Virus record (IMG/VR): IMGVR_UViG_3300001687_000013
Span: 1-64,000 of that record
Length of the DNA: 64,000 nt
Direction: 5' to 3' (one strand)
From: a virus
Lineage: Duplodnaviria; Caudoviricetes
The first letter of the stretch is position 1, and each line of letters begins with the position of its first letter. The position numbers and the translations under genes are program-made. Positions 35,168-45,096 of this stretch are shown in pieces. The notes under the pieces are model-generated. The model ran no database searches and had not been told where the DNA came from. It saw only the letters and a program-made list of their open reading frames with translations.

Positions 35168-35407
35168 TTACTTTACAACTTTGTGGGGAAATTTATCTTC
35201 CTCATAACTCACTTTTACTGTTGACCCATCAATAGCTTCCAGTTCTAATTCAATCTTTCCACCCTTCTTGGTCATCTTGATCACTTCTACAACACTTCCC
35301 TTTGGGATATCCTCAACATCAAATGCCAATTTTATCTGAGCACCTTTTCTTAAAGCTGCTTCAACCATGTTGTAGTAAAGTTCTGAAAATTCTTTAGCTT
35401 TACTCAT
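35168..35407 (-). CDS. leader-bearing SH3-like protein
   Basis: MSKAKEFSELYYNMVEA; LRKGAQIKL..D...IPKGSVVEV. Confidence 0.8.
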   Translation of the reverse strand: MSKAKEFSELYYNMVEAALRKGAQIKLAFDVEDIPKGSVVEVIKMTKKGGKIELELEAIDGSTVKVSYEEDKFPHKVVK

Positions 35408-35593
35408 CTAAACCTTCCTTCTTCTCAATCATTTTGGTCGTCTTATCCGTTACCAGTTTTTGAGTATCACCATCTAACTTCCTAAATTCATCTATTAGGG
35501 TCAAGACCTTGTAGATTCTTGACCCCAATGATTCCATTTGATTCATAGGCTTCCTCTATATAATAATGGCCTATATATAATATTTTGTCCCAA

Positions 35594-35923
35594 TTATTTT
35601 TCCAAATTATAATTCTCAGCAGAATCTATAATTTTGAACAATTCAGCATATATTCTTTGAAAAAATGGTTTAAAAGCTTGAAGTGTTCTTTTTACAAAAT
35701 CATAGTCATCATTTTCAAGAAGAATTATATTTTCATCATTAATTTCTTTTACAATGAAACGTCCATCTAAAAGATCATCAGCTTTTACAGCATCTTTATA
35801 GCTACCATATTGGGCTTGATTTAAAGCAATCTTGATCAAATCAGAAGTATAAAAATCTTTCTTATCTGAATTTGGAGTTTCCCTAAAATTTTCTATAATG
35901 ACTTTCTCCTTCAAAATTTTCAT
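35594..35923 (-). CDS. hypothetical protein, possible fibre chaperone
   Basis: ILLENDDYDFVK pattern; follows fibre genes. Confidence 0.6.
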   Translation of the reverse strand: MKILKEKVIIENFRETPNSDKKDFYTSDLIKIALNQAQYGSYKDAVKADDLLDGRFIVKEINDENIILLENDDYDFVKRTLQAFKPFFQRIYAELFKIIDSAENYNLEK

Positions 35924-35936
35924 TATCTTTCTCCTA

Positions 35937-36176
35937 TTAAATTATCTTATTAATAAAAAGTAGCAGATCATTTGAAGCATATCCAGAATCAATAACTTTA
36001 TTGGCTCTTACTAACTTTGTGTCTGAATCTGCTATTCCAGTAGCAGTCTTCAAAGTATTAATATCTTCCTGAGAAGTATCAGGATGATTAGTTATACTTA
36101 AAATACTATAAACAGAAGCTTCAGAAACACCAAGTTCTGTAGATATACTATTTAAAATTGTTTTTAAACTTACCAT
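35937..36176 (-). CDS. hypothetical protein
   Basis: ORF track; in operon. Confidence 0.6.
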   Translation of the reverse strand: MVSLKTILNSISTELGVSEASVYSILSITNHPDTSQEDINTLKTATGIADSDTKLVRANKVIDSGYASNDLLLFINKII

Positions 36177-36185
36177 AATAATCCC

Positions 36186-37313
36186 TTAAACTATAGAAGT
36201 TATTCTACCATCTATTACTGTAACAGTCTTTCCATCATTGGTAGTAAATGTTCCACTAACTCCCTCTTTCATAATGATAGTTCCAGGATACTTAAAAGTA
36301 TTTCCAAAAGAAGAACTATCATCTACCATAATAATAGCATCACCTAAATTTACTATCCCAAAATCAACTTTATTAACTCCATCAGTACAAGAATTAATTT
36401 TTATTCGTGATCCAGCACCAACAACTCCAAAAGAACTATATGATCCATTATCTTCAAATTTTATTGACTGTAATACTACTTGTGAACAACCAAAAGCAGT
36501 AACACACATAGACCAATCACCTTTTGATTGCAGTGTAACATCTGTTATCCATATAGTTCCACTATTTAAAGTTAAATTGAATATTTCATATTCTTCTACA
36601 CCCACAATTACAACATCATCTTGATCATAAGTAGAAGAAGATATATTTATATCAACATTACTAAAACCAGATAATCTAATAGTATTTGTCAAAGTGTAAG
36701 TTCCTGGTTTACAATAAATATAAACTGATACCCATGAATCTGCTATCCTGGGTAATATAGATAATGCATGTTGGATAGTTTTAAATGGTTCTGTTTCAGT
36801 ACCAGGATTTTCATCACTACCACTTGTGTCATCTATCCAATAATTTATTTCCGTATAAGATCCAGTAGGAGTAATCCTCTCTGGTTTATGATCATCTAAA
36901 TATTCTTGACTATACTTATCAAGATTAGTAATATCATTTTCTATATGGGTATGTGGTAAAACAGGTTGAGTGCTCCAACTATTGTTAGTATAAAAATATA
37001 ATATGTCTTCAGATTCTACATAAGTTACCATACCTTCATCAGGAGATGTGGTATACCACTCACTACCAGACCATTCAATTATACAATTCTCATAGTTACC
37101 TGACCCAGTAAATAAATACCTATTCCCCACACTTGGACTACCTGGAAGAGTAGAAATTACTTCTTTCACACTTTCTTGCCAATCACAAACATAACTTTTA
37201 AATAATTGACTCTTTTTAATGAGACAATTTATCTCATCAGTAATTTGTTGATTAATATCTCCTACCCATCTAATAGTCCTACCAGTATTAATTATATATG
37301 AATTATTAGACAT
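36186..37313 (-). CDS. fibre/spike protein: DUF2793-like domain, HTH..I..L repeat, pectin-lyase-like beta-helix, gp5-like trimer tail
   Basis: PGSPSVGNRY...PDEGM; GSDENPGT..EPFKTIQHA; TFTTNDGKTVTVIDGRITSI. Confidence 0.7.
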   Translation of the reverse strand: MSNNSYIINTGRTIRWVGDINQQITDEINCLIKKSQLFKSYVCDWQESVKEVISTLPGSPSVGNRYLFTGSGNYENCIIEWSGSEWYTTSPDEGMVTYVESEDILYFYTNNSWSTQPVLPHTHIENDITNLDKYSQEYLDDHKPERITPTGSYTEINYWIDDTSGSDENPGTETEPFKTIQHALSILPRIADSWVSVYIYCKPGTYTLTNTIRLSGFSNVDINISSSTYDQDDVVIVGVEEYEIFNLTLNSGTIWITDVTLQSKGDWSMCVTAFGCSQVVLQSIKFEDNGSYSSFGVVGAGSRIKINSCTDGVNKVDFGIVNLGDAIIMVDDSSSFGNTFKYPGTIIMKEGVSGTFTTNDGKTVTVIDGRITSIV

Positions 37314-37317
37314 TTAC

Positions 37318-39192
37318 TTAACTCCAAACTGTTCCAGCAGAATGATCATGTACTATTGTATAAGTAGTTGTTCCCCCTGCTGTAGAAGCTACCAATACGT
37401 CACCATCATCACCTAATCCTGTACCATCTGACATCCAAGTTATAGCTAATCCTTCAGGTGGTTTCTCAGGATCGGTTGATCTTTCCAACAATCCTAATAC
37501 ATTATCAACAGTAAACAATTTATCTTTTAGATTTACCATTGGTGAACCATTTATGATAATATTCATTTCGTCAGTATCATGATCATAATCAAATCCAGCA
37601 ACATCTTCGTCATCAGTATCACCAAAATACAACCTGGTATTTCCAGCAGTGCTACCCATAATTGTAATCTGGGCGTTAGCTGCTCCAATAAAACAAGCTA
37701 CTGTTGCTCCAAGTAATGTTGGAGGAGTTACAGCACTTGCTACTCTAACATCAAGAGGTACTATAGCATTATAGTTAGCTGTAGGACTTACAGCTAATCC
37801 ACCTGATGTAAGTCTGGTTCTTGCTACACCACCAACTGCTTGTTCCATATAATTAGAGGTATGATTAAAAGCCAACCATGCAGCACCTTGAGCATCAGTA
37901 TCACTAAAGAAAATATACCCAGTATGTGTATTAGCAGAGACAATAGAGATAGCAGCATTATCAGGCCCAACAAATATAGCTGCATTATAAGCGGATAATG
38001 CAGGAGGAGTTATTGGACTTGCTGTCCTCACATCTAATGGGGTAACTGCTACATCATCTATACCCATATCTGGTTGTACCCTAAAACCTGTAGGTGTTAA
38101 AGCTGCTTTTTCTGTACCACCTACACCAACAACCATTTTGTTGATATTAGCACCAGGCCAAATCCAAGCCACATCTTGATATGTATCTCCACGACTTGCA
38201 CCACCTAAACCTATCTCAAATGCGTGACTTGCATCATTCAAAAACTGAATACCTGAATAGGCCAATTCACCAGTGCTTGTATTATGAATTCTGGCTACAT
38301 AACCACTATTATGATCTTTGTAAAGTAATAGTGGAAGACCAGACCAAGTACCAGCCCAATCACTCCCTATTGTTAAACCATGTTTGTCTTCAGTAAAATT
38401 GAATGTAAAACATCTATTTCCAGCATTATCTTCAATAATCAGTTTGTATGGTTCTGACCCATCTGGCCCAGGATCAGCTTGTAATTTTACATCAACTCGT
38501 CTATCTTCAGCATGAGAATTAGTTGTATCCCATACTGACCCTTTAAACTGAAGTTCATAAGAACCGTATGTATCAGGTATACCTGTAGCAGTACCAGTTT
38601 TATTAAATAAAACATCCCCACCAAGAGTCCCACCTGTTAAAAGCAAATATCTTCCATCATGATTATGTGCTGTATCTGATTTTCCAGATAGAAGTGTATC
38701 CATCTCACTTTCAGTGTAATACCTATCGTCATGATTATGAACTGAATTAGCTTTTCCACTTAATAAACTATCAACTTCAGATTGAGAATATTTATCCAGA
38801 TCTGTAATTTGATTTTCTGTGTGAGTATGAGCTACTACTGGTTGAACAATCCAATCTATCCCATTATAGTAGTATGGTACATCCTCATCTTCAACAAAGG
38901 CTGTCATTCCTTCATCGGGAGCAGTATAAATCCATTCATCACCATCATATTCTATGAGATAGTTTTCATGTACTCCTGCCCCAGTAAATATGTACCTATC
39001 ACCACTTTCAGGACTTAAAGGTATAGTGCCCACTACACTTTTGACACTTTCCTGCCAGTCTCCACCAATACCACCAGTAAAGAACATGGCCTTTCGTCTA
39101 AGATATGCAAGTTCATCTAAGATACTCTGGGTAGCTTCCCCAGTCCATCTTATAGTCTTTCCTGAACTTGTAATATATGAATTATCTGACAT
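37318..39192 (-). CDS. tail fibre protein with DUF2793-like domain and HNHDDRYY repeats
   Basis: PESGDRY...PDEGM; HNHDDRYYTESE; HNHDGRY. Confidence 0.75.
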   Translation of the reverse strand: MSDNSYITSSGKTIRWTGEATQSILDELAYLRRKAMFFTGGIGGDWQESVKSVVGTIPLSPESGDRYIFTGAGVHENYLIEYDGDEWIYTAPDEGMTAFVEDEDVPYYYNGIDWIVQPVVAHTHTENQITDLDKYSQSEVDSLLSGKANSVHNHDDRYYTESEMDTLLSGKSDTAHNHDGRYLLLTGGTLGGDVLFNKTGTATGIPDTYGSYELQFKGSVWDTTNSHAEDRRVDVKLQADPGPDGSEPYKLIIEDNAGNRCFTFNFTEDKHGLTIGSDWAGTWSGLPLLLYKDHNSGYVARIHNTSTGELAYSGIQFLNDASHAFEIGLGGASRGDTYQDVAWIWPGANINKMVVGVGGTEKAALTPTGFRVQPDMGIDDVAVTPLDVRTASPITPPALSAYNAAIFVGPDNAAISIVSANTHTGYIFFSDTDAQGAAWLAFNHTSNYMEQAVGGVARTRLTSGGLAVSPTANYNAIVPLDVRVASAVTPPTLLGATVACFIGAANAQITIMGSTAGNTRLYFGDTDDEDVAGFDYDHDTDEMNIIINGSPMVNLKDKLFTVDNVLGLLERSTDPEKPPEGLAITWMSDGTGLGDDGDVLVASTAGGTTTYTIVHDHSAGTVWS

Positions 39193-39204
39193 TACCTTTT
39201 TTCC

Positions 39205-39552
39205 TTATATTGTTACATTTAAATCTTTGTCTTGTTCTGTTATGGTAGTATCATTTTCATAACTTATAACAACTGTATCTACATCATTCTTCATCCTGGT
39301 TTTTCTGGCAACACCATCTATCTCTTCATCCAAATAACCTTCTACATAGGCTTTTATTTCGGCAGAAGTTTGGTTAGGCCAGTTAGTAAATTCTGAAGAG
39401 GGGGCAAACCAATCTAAAAATGTAGATTTCTTTAATTCTTCGGTAGTATCATCGACTTTATCAAGAACAACACCTATAACTAAACCTACAACAACCCCAT
39501 CTTCTAATCTCTTTTCAGTTTTAACAACTTTATAATTATAATTATATCCCAT
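39205..39552 (-). CDS. hypothetical fibre-associated protein
   Basis: lies between two fibre genes. Confidence 0.55.
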   Translation of the reverse strand: MGYNYNYKVVKTEKRLEDGVVVGLVIGVVLDKVDDTTEELKKSTFLDWFAPSSEFTNWPNQTSAEIKAYVEGYLDEEIDGVARKTRMKNDVDTVVISYENDTTITEQDKDLNVTI

Positions 39553-39560
39553 AAATTTTC

Positions 39561-41954
39561 CTATTCTGAAGCAGTTGGAGCATTATAGAATGGTACATAA
39601 TAATATCCACTGGTAATTTGTTGAGCACCTGCTATCAAATCATTAATATATATTTTAAACCATCCTACTAAATCTCCTGGTACATCATAGTACACTGGAT
39701 TTACAAAACTATATGAATTATCAAGAGAATAACTATATCCTTTTAAATGTAAAAAGGCTGCATCTCCATCCATTTGACGTATACATACTGCATCTCCACC
39801 TGAGTTTGATGGTTGTTTAACATCAAGAATATATTCTGGTACACCTGCTCTAATCCCAACCATACCTAATGCCATAGTTAAACAGTCAGTGTTATATACC
39901 CCTAAAGCAAGTAGTCCTGCACCACCATCAACATACATATAACCATAGTTACTTCCTGTCTGAAGTCTAATTAATGCTTGATTACTATCTGTAGAATAAA
40001 TTCTAAAACCAGTATCTCCTGTTTTCTGTATATCAAAATTATATCCAGGAGAACTTGTACCAATACCAATATATTGTGAACTCCCTTCAACAAATAGTGC
40101 ATTATTATCACCAATAAGAACGTCAATATCTTGACCTGCTTCTGATGCAAGGTTTAGAATATTTTGAGTCGTTTCATGGGCATCAATCATCACACGAGTT
40201 CCAGCATACAGTGTCCATCTGTCCTCTCTAAAATACATACCTGTATTAGGATCACCGAGATGCATTACATATGCAGGAACCCAAATTGTAGGTTCAGAAT
40301 TGGTTACATTATCAAATTGAATCATCTCAGTATCATCATTAGCATAAAGACTTAAGGAATATGGTTCACTACCTTCTTCACCAGATCCAGCATTTAGTGT
40401 CCAGTACATCTCTCTATCTTCAGCTTGAGTATTTGTTGTATCCCATACTGAAGCTCTATATCTAAGTTCATAAGATGAATATTGAGTATCTACTGTTGCT
40501 GTACCTGTCTTTTGAACTAATATACCATCTGTATTAAATCTTAAAATTTCAGCTATATCATTTGTTCCATCACTGACTTTAAAAGAAATAGCTGTTGGAA
40601 CATATGTACTTGGAGATCCATCTACTATAAAATCTATAAGACCAGCATTGACAAAATCACTACCAGTATAACCTTGGATAAGTATACCACCTAAAGTATC
40701 ACCATCAGTTATAGTGGCTTTAGATAGGATAGCCCCTCTACCTCTACGTATTTTATAATAAGAACCCTGAACACCATCATTAAAAGATTCTAAATCAACA
40801 TTACCATCATTACTAAATACTGTAAAAACATCCTCTTCAGTAATATGATCGACAGAACCTACAACTACTGTAGCATGTGTTTGTCTTCCGACTCTCAAGA
40901 CATCTATAGAATCATAAGCAAATACAATTCCACCAGAATCATTGATATCAATAAAAGTAGTAGAATCCCCATATTTATACATCCTTCCACCATGAAAGGT
41001 ATTAGATGTAAAAGTAGTAGGCCCATAAAAAATAGAAGTTTTTGTACTTCCTGATAATTGATATCCTTTAGCCCCTTCAGTAAAAAATTCAAACTTATTA
41101 GCAGTAAGTTGTATATATGTATCAGGATCACCAGAATGGTAAATGTTATCTGCTATATATGCTGATCCTCTGACCTCTAATGACCCAGAAATTAATGCAT
41201 CTGTAGTACCTGTTAAGGAATTTTCACTGGATGTTGACCCTAAATGTAATCCAACTTCTGGGTTATCATTTGCAAGTCCCCATCTACCTGCTAAAGTTAC
41301 TCGTGATCTCTCTCCACCACCAGTATATAAAAGTAGTGCATCAACAGCATGATCATAAATCCAAGCTCCACGGGCTTCCTGACCAGAATCACCAAAATAT
41401 AATCCACCCCTCTTGGCATCATCAGAAATTATAACCATTCCATTATTTTTACCAGATTCACCAACTATAACAAAATGTGTTGTAGCTGAAAGTGCTGGAA
41501 AACTTACTGGGGTATTAGGGTCAATAATAAATAAACGTTTATTAAGAAAATCCATCCTTAATTGTTCATTTGAACCATTATCATAAATTGACAAATAATA
41601 AGGTTCTGAAGCATTTGCTCCTGATCCAGCATTCAATTTTATTTTAGCTGTTCTATCTTCATTTTGGGATAAAGTTTCGTCCCAAACAGAGGAAATAAAT
41701 CTTAACTCATAACTTGGATATTGAGTCCCAGCATCAGCAGTCCCAGATTTATTAAGAGTGAGATTATCACTACCAAGAGTAATTGCAGTTCTCCACTCAA
41801 GTCTACTGTCAGAATTATTCCACCCAAGGATAGCACCATCAGAGGGATCATTAAAAATTGACATTTTGGCTTCAGTTATAGCACCATCAGCTATATCGAC
41901 AGTATTTATGTCAGAATTTTTAATTTGTGTTCCTTTTATTTCAGTTCTTGGCAT
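39561..41954 (-). CDS. tail fibre-like beta-strand repeat protein
   Basis: IADGAITEAK; IGIGTSSP-type repeats; H.GDP.T repeats. Confidence 0.75.
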   Translation of the reverse strand: MPRTEIKGTQIKNSDINTVDIADGAITEAKMSIFNDPSDGAILGWNNSDSRLEWRTAITLGSDNLTLNKSGTADAGTQYPSYELRFISSVWDETLSQNEDRTAKIKLNAGSGANASEPYYLSIYDNGSNEQLRMDFLNKRLFIIDPNTPVSFPALSATTHFVIVGESGKNNGMVIISDDAKRGGLYFGDSGQEARGAWIYDHAVDALLLYTGGGERSRVTLAGRWGLANDNPEVGLHLGSTSSENSLTGTTDALISGSLEVRGSAYIADNIYHSGDPDTYIQLTANKFEFFTEGAKGYQLSGSTKTSIFYGPTTFTSNTFHGGRMYKYGDSTTFIDINDSGGIVFAYDSIDVLRVGRQTHATVVVGSVDHITEEDVFTVFSNDGNVDLESFNDGVQGSYYKIRRGRGAILSKATITDGDTLGGILIQGYTGSDFVNAGLIDFIVDGSPSTYVPTAISFKVSDGTNDIAEILRFNTDGILVQKTGTATVDTQYSSYELRYRASVWDTTNTQAEDREMYWTLNAGSGEEGSEPYSLSLYANDDTEMIQFDNVTNSEPTIWVPAYVMHLGDPNTGMYFREDRWTLYAGTRVMIDAHETTQNILNLASEAGQDIDVLIGDNNALFVEGSSQYIGIGTSSPGYNFDIQKTGDTGFRIYSTDSNQALIRLQTGSNYGYMYVDGGAGLLALGVYNTDCLTMALGMVGIRAGVPEYILDVKQPSNSGGDAVCIRQMDGDAAFLHLKGYSYSLDNSYSFVNPVYYDVPGDLVGWFKIYINDLIAGAQQITSGYYYVPFYNAPTASE

Positions 41955-41958
41955 TTGT

Positions 41959-43401
41959 TTAATCCGTTGCTAAATAGCATATTTGTAATATATCATCAGA
42001 GCTTGGAGTATCATTAAATGTAATGTTTTTACCAGATATAGTATAATCATTACTTGCTCCATCTCTTAGTAACATTCCGTTTTTATAAACCCTAACAGTC
42101 CCAGTATCGGGAGTATATGTTAAAGCAAATACTGTAGTTGATCCATCAGGAGATAATATTTCTGAAGTAACTCTTCTATATAATTTCCCATATCCAGACA
42201 ATCCCCTAAGTATAAATCTCTCAGGTGCTCTAATCTGTCTATCATCTATCTTAGTTCCTGTTGAACCTAAGATTTGTGTCCCACTATATAAATTTGAGGG
42301 ATCTGACATTTCCTGCCATACGTAAAGCATAGATGGTGGAGTTGAAGAATCACACACTATACCTTGTGGATATCTTTGATCGACTGCTTCATCTGTAAGA
42401 ACTTCAGTATCTCCCCATTCACCTACAAAAGGAGGTGAATCATTAGTAGCTTCCCAAACTTTCTGACAGATCTGGTACTTATCAGTATTTGTTCCATAAC
42501 CAAGACCAGCCCATAATAATACATACATATAAGTAGCATTTGCTGTATAATGAACTCTGGGCCATAATTGATCTACACTCTCATCAGTAATTTTAGTCTC
42601 TCCACTCCAACTAACTCCATTATGCCTATTTACATATATCTGATAAATCCCACTATACTTTTGATTCCAAGATACCCAAATATCTCCAACAGCAGATCTA
42701 AGAATAGCAGGAGTTTTTGCTGATGAATCAATACTACTTAGTGAAACAGGACTACTCCAAGATCCATTTGTAACATTTACATAAGCAAATCGTACTTCTC
42801 TGGTATTAGTAGGATCAGCAGCAGTATATCTTCTATATGCTACCATAATATATGGATGACTATAAGCAGCATCCATATATTGATACCTATAGGCTGTACT
42901 CTCTTCATTAAAGGTACTACCTAATTGTGACCAACCTGATCCTTGATCTCTATATAGCTTAGTTTCATTCTGAGTACCACTCCATGAACTCTTAATAGTA
43001 TAACGTTCACTCTCATCCTGTTTTCCAAAATAAAAACAATCATAATTATTACCAGAATTGATAACTTCTTCATCCTGCCAACCAGTACCATCTGCATCGT
43101 ACCAGTACGTACTCCAAACGATAGATGAAGATATTGCTTTACAGCCTAAGTACATATTACTCACAGCATTAGTATACATAGTTGGAGTATACCAAGTATG
43201 ATAACCGTCATTTAATCTAAAGGTCTCACTCCAACTTGTAAATGGTGATGTACTTTGGTATAAATAGGGTCTCCATGTAGGGGACGTTTCTCTATCATCC
43301 ATATTAAAAGCTACGTAATAAACCCCACCAGCACGACCCAGAGAGTAATGAGGAAGACCTGTATGTAAATTGGTTGATATTAAGTTTCTTGTGATAGTCA
43401 T
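41959..43401 (-). CDS. beta-propeller protein with C-terminal fibre adaptor domain
   Basis: W-terminated blade repeats; DGSTTVFALTYTP...VYKNG...NDYTISG..ITF. Confidence 0.7.
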   Translation of the reverse strand: MTITRNLISTNLHTGLPHYSLGRAGGVYYVAFNMDDRETSPTWRPYLYQSTSPFTSWSETFRLNDGYHTWYTPTMYTNAVSNMYLGCKAISSSIVWSTYWYDADGTGWQDEEVINSGNNYDCFYFGKQDESERYTIKSSWSGTQNETKLYRDQGSGWSQLGSTFNEESTAYRYQYMDAAYSHPYIMVAYRRYTAADPTNTREVRFAYVNVTNGSWSSPVSLSSIDSSAKTPAILRSAVGDIWVSWNQKYSGIYQIYVNRHNGVSWSGETKITDESVDQLWPRVHYTANATYMYVLLWAGLGYGTNTDKYQICQKVWEATNDSPPFVGEWGDTEVLTDEAVDQRYPQGIVCDSSTPPSMLYVWQEMSDPSNLYSGTQILGSTGTKIDDRQIRAPERFILRGLSGYGKLYRRVTSEILSPDGSTTVFALTYTPDTGTVRVYKNGMLLRDGASNDYTISGKNITFNDTPSSDDILQICYLATD

Positions 43402-43448
43402 AGTATCTCCTTAATGGTATTTTTAGTTAAAGCCATTTTTTTCCTCTC

Positions 43449-43841
43449 TTATAAAAAGACTCTTTGTCTGTCAGCATCACCAAAATAATCTTTAGCCCAT
43501 CTTAGGATAATATCTAAACTATAATAGTTACTTTTGCTAATTGTATTAGCAAATGCCCTAATCATGTCTGGATCTAAATTTACAGGATCAATTTGATTAT
43601 CTTGTAAAAATTGATCCCAGAGCAATGTTATTTTTTGATTATCATAACCTGGATTACTAAATGAAGGCATTACAAACTTACTTGCTGGATTGATAGTTTT
43701 AGTAACATTATTCATTGTATCAACATTAGTAACTCCACCATTATTAAATGCTACATTATCACCATCTACTTCAATTGTAATAGTAACTTTTTGTTCATCC
43801 AGTCTTTCTAACTGTTTCAATAAATTTTTAGCTTTTGTCAT
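43449..43841 (-). CDS. leader-bearing hypothetical protein within structural module
   Basis: MTKAKNLLKQLERLDE. Confidence 0.75.
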   Translation of the reverse strand: MTKAKNLLKQLERLDEQKVTITIEVDGDNVAFNNGGVTNVDTMNNVTKTINPASKFVMPSFSNPGYDNQKITLLWDQFLQDNQIDPVNLDPDMIRAFANTISKSNYYSLDIILRWAKDYFGDADRQRVFL

Positions 43842-43852
43842 TACCAATGCCT

Positions 43853-44053
43853 TTATTTAGGTAAAAGTTCTATTGTTAAGATATCTCCACTGATATCATA
43901 AGTTATATCTTTAATCTGGTAAGCTTGTCCCTCAGAAGTAACACTACCAGATGATTCCATAATTAACTTTAACATTTCAATTAAATAAGGTACTAATGCA
44001 CTTTCTTTTAAAATAACCCTGTCATTTTTATTATCAATAAAATGTATTTTCAT
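43853..44053 (-). CDS. hypothetical protein
   Basis: GGAG RBS; ORF track. Confidence 0.65.
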   Translation of the reverse strand: MKIHFIDNKNDRVILKESALVPYLIEMLKLIMESSGSVTSEGQAYQIKDITYDISGDILTIELLPK

Positions 44054-44062
44054 GATCTCTCC

Positions 44063-44698
44063 TTAATAGTAATAACAAAACCCAAAGTGTCTTGTATAAG
44101 AACTTGTAGGAGTTGATTTATGATTATATACAATTGTTAAACTGTAGCCTACAGGTAAAAATGAAGCCCCAGAAGTCAACATGGCATATCTTTGGACTTC
44201 TGCATTGTAGACAGGCCAATCATCAATAATATATCTCCTTATATATATAGGAGAATAAGCTGTCTTACTTTCATTCAGGTTTTCCCATAGAGTTATTTTA
44301 TTAGTTTCAGTATCTATTAACTTAATACCATAATCAAAAGATTCAGTACCTATTTTTAATCTATAATTCTTTACACAATATAAAATTGCTGTAGGATCTA
44401 TATAAATATCAGGTTGTTCAGAATTAGCGTCTTGAGTAATAATTCCAATAATTCCATCATTAGGAGGAGTTATAAAAAAATCAACAGTATCACCATACTC
44501 CCAATATTGATCACCTTCTGGTATCATAGCTTCTGCTCCTACTGGGGCAATATTCCAAGGATAACTCTTAGTAAAAATAGTGGGGTTTTCACCTTCTATA
44601 ACCTCTAAATCCCATCCTTCATACATAGCTTTTGGATCAGTGAGATTCAATGTATCTTCAAGTTTTACACTTGATATATAAGTAATACCTGGCTCCAT
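44063..44698 (-). CDS. hypothetical virion-type protein
   Basis: beta-rich; TAATG-coupled. Confidence 0.65.
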   Translation of the reverse strand: MEPGITYISSVKLEDTLNLTDPKAMYEGWDLEVIEGENPTIFTKSYPWNIAPVGAEAMIPEGDQYWEYGDTVDFFITPPNDGIIGIITQDANSEQPDIYIDPTAILYCVKNYRLKIGTESFDYGIKLIDTETNKITLWENLNESKTAYSPIYIRRYIIDDWPVYNAEVQRYAMLTSGASFLPVGYSLTIVYNHKSTPTSSYTRHFGFCYYY

Positions 44699-45087
44699 TA
44701 TTCACTCCCTACTACTCTTTCAGTAACCAAAAGTCTTCCACCAGCAATGTTCTCTGTGCTAAATTCTTTTTTTAATTTCTTACGTATAGATCCATCTATA
44801 TTATAGATGATTTTAGTTTCTGATAATAATCGATTACCAGACCATTCAAATGAACTTTCTCCGACTTTCTGAGTAAAAGTACCATCAACTTCCCTACGTT
44901 TATACCACTCCTGCTTAGTAGTTTTAGAACCGTCTGTGGTTTCTACTAAGAACAGAGAATTACCGACCATCTGCAAGTATCTAACAATTTCATTAATCTT
45001 TCTGACAAGTGCATAAAATCCACCTTTATCGAAACACACCTCTGAAAGATTTAACTCAAGTATATCTATAAAATCTAATCTTGTCAT
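44698..45087 (-). CDS. hypothetical protein
   Basis: ORF track; in operon. Confidence 0.65.
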   Translation of the reverse strand: MTRLDFIDILELNLSEVCFDKGGFYALVRKINEIVRYLQMVGNSLFLVETTDGSKTTKQEWYKRREVDGTFTQKVGESSFEWSGNRLLSETKIIYNIDGSIRKKLKKEFSTENIAGGRLLVTERVVGSE

Positions 45088-45096
45088 GATTCAACC

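Noticed and set aside
6799-35407. Leader as a Sec/Tat or pilin signal peptide
   Set aside because: Amphipathic and charged, with no hydrophobic core, twin-Arg or G-F..E motif; a true signal peptide at 16242-16700 looks different
6799-35407. Integron cassette array or CRISPR array
   Set aside because: Genes overlap with no room for attC sites, no integrase in the window, and no regularly spaced DNA direct repeats
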